Assembly: GCF_030028105.1 (NCBI RefSeq)
Contig: NC_092371.1
Location: 132,004,766 to 132,068,765 of the forward strand
Direction: 5' to 3'
DNA length: 64,000 nt
Source of the DNA: Mobula birostris
Lineage: Eukaryota
Shown: piece by piece, positions 63,910 to 64,000 of the stretch
How the letters are laid out: each line of letters begins with the position of its first letter
How positions within the stretch are numbered: position 1 is the stretch's first letter
Program-made: the position numbers and the translations under genes
The notes under the pieces: generated by a model
Told to the model about the DNA's origin: nothing
Database searches by the model: none
The model's input: the letters and a program-made list of their open reading frames with translations, nothing else

Positions 63910-64000
63910 GTACCCATTACCACCCCTGGCTATAACAACCTTAAGACTGTAATTTACATACTACCAAAGACATGTGAAGATAGCACTTGATGTATTGAGT

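Overview
Eukaryotic (vertebrate) genomic DNA. The repeat content (CR1, Rex1/Babar, Penelope-like and HE1/V-SINE families) suggests a cartilaginous fish; this is inference. The window holds the complete 12-coding-exon BROX gene on the minus strand (ATG 52931, stop 4250, 1233 nt, 410 aa, ending in the CAAX motif CSVS). BROX lies head-to-head with the first two coding exons of AIDA (plus strand, ATG 53698) across a CpG-rich bidirectional promoter. The introns are filled with decayed transposable elements: a full-length L1 with target-site duplication (TSD), Rex1/Babar and CR1 LINE pieces, two Tc1-like elements, a Tigger/pogo element, a Gypsy provirus and SINEs. The most notable signal is a Penelope-like (RT + GIY-YIG) element with inverted, outward-facing 3' ends, each carrying a minimal type I hammerhead ribozyme motif. 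About 200-bp palindromic, TSD-flanked mini-elements built from related terminal sequence also occur, and at least one keeps an intact hammerhead core. All calls come from reading the sequence by eye and recalling protein families; no searches were run.
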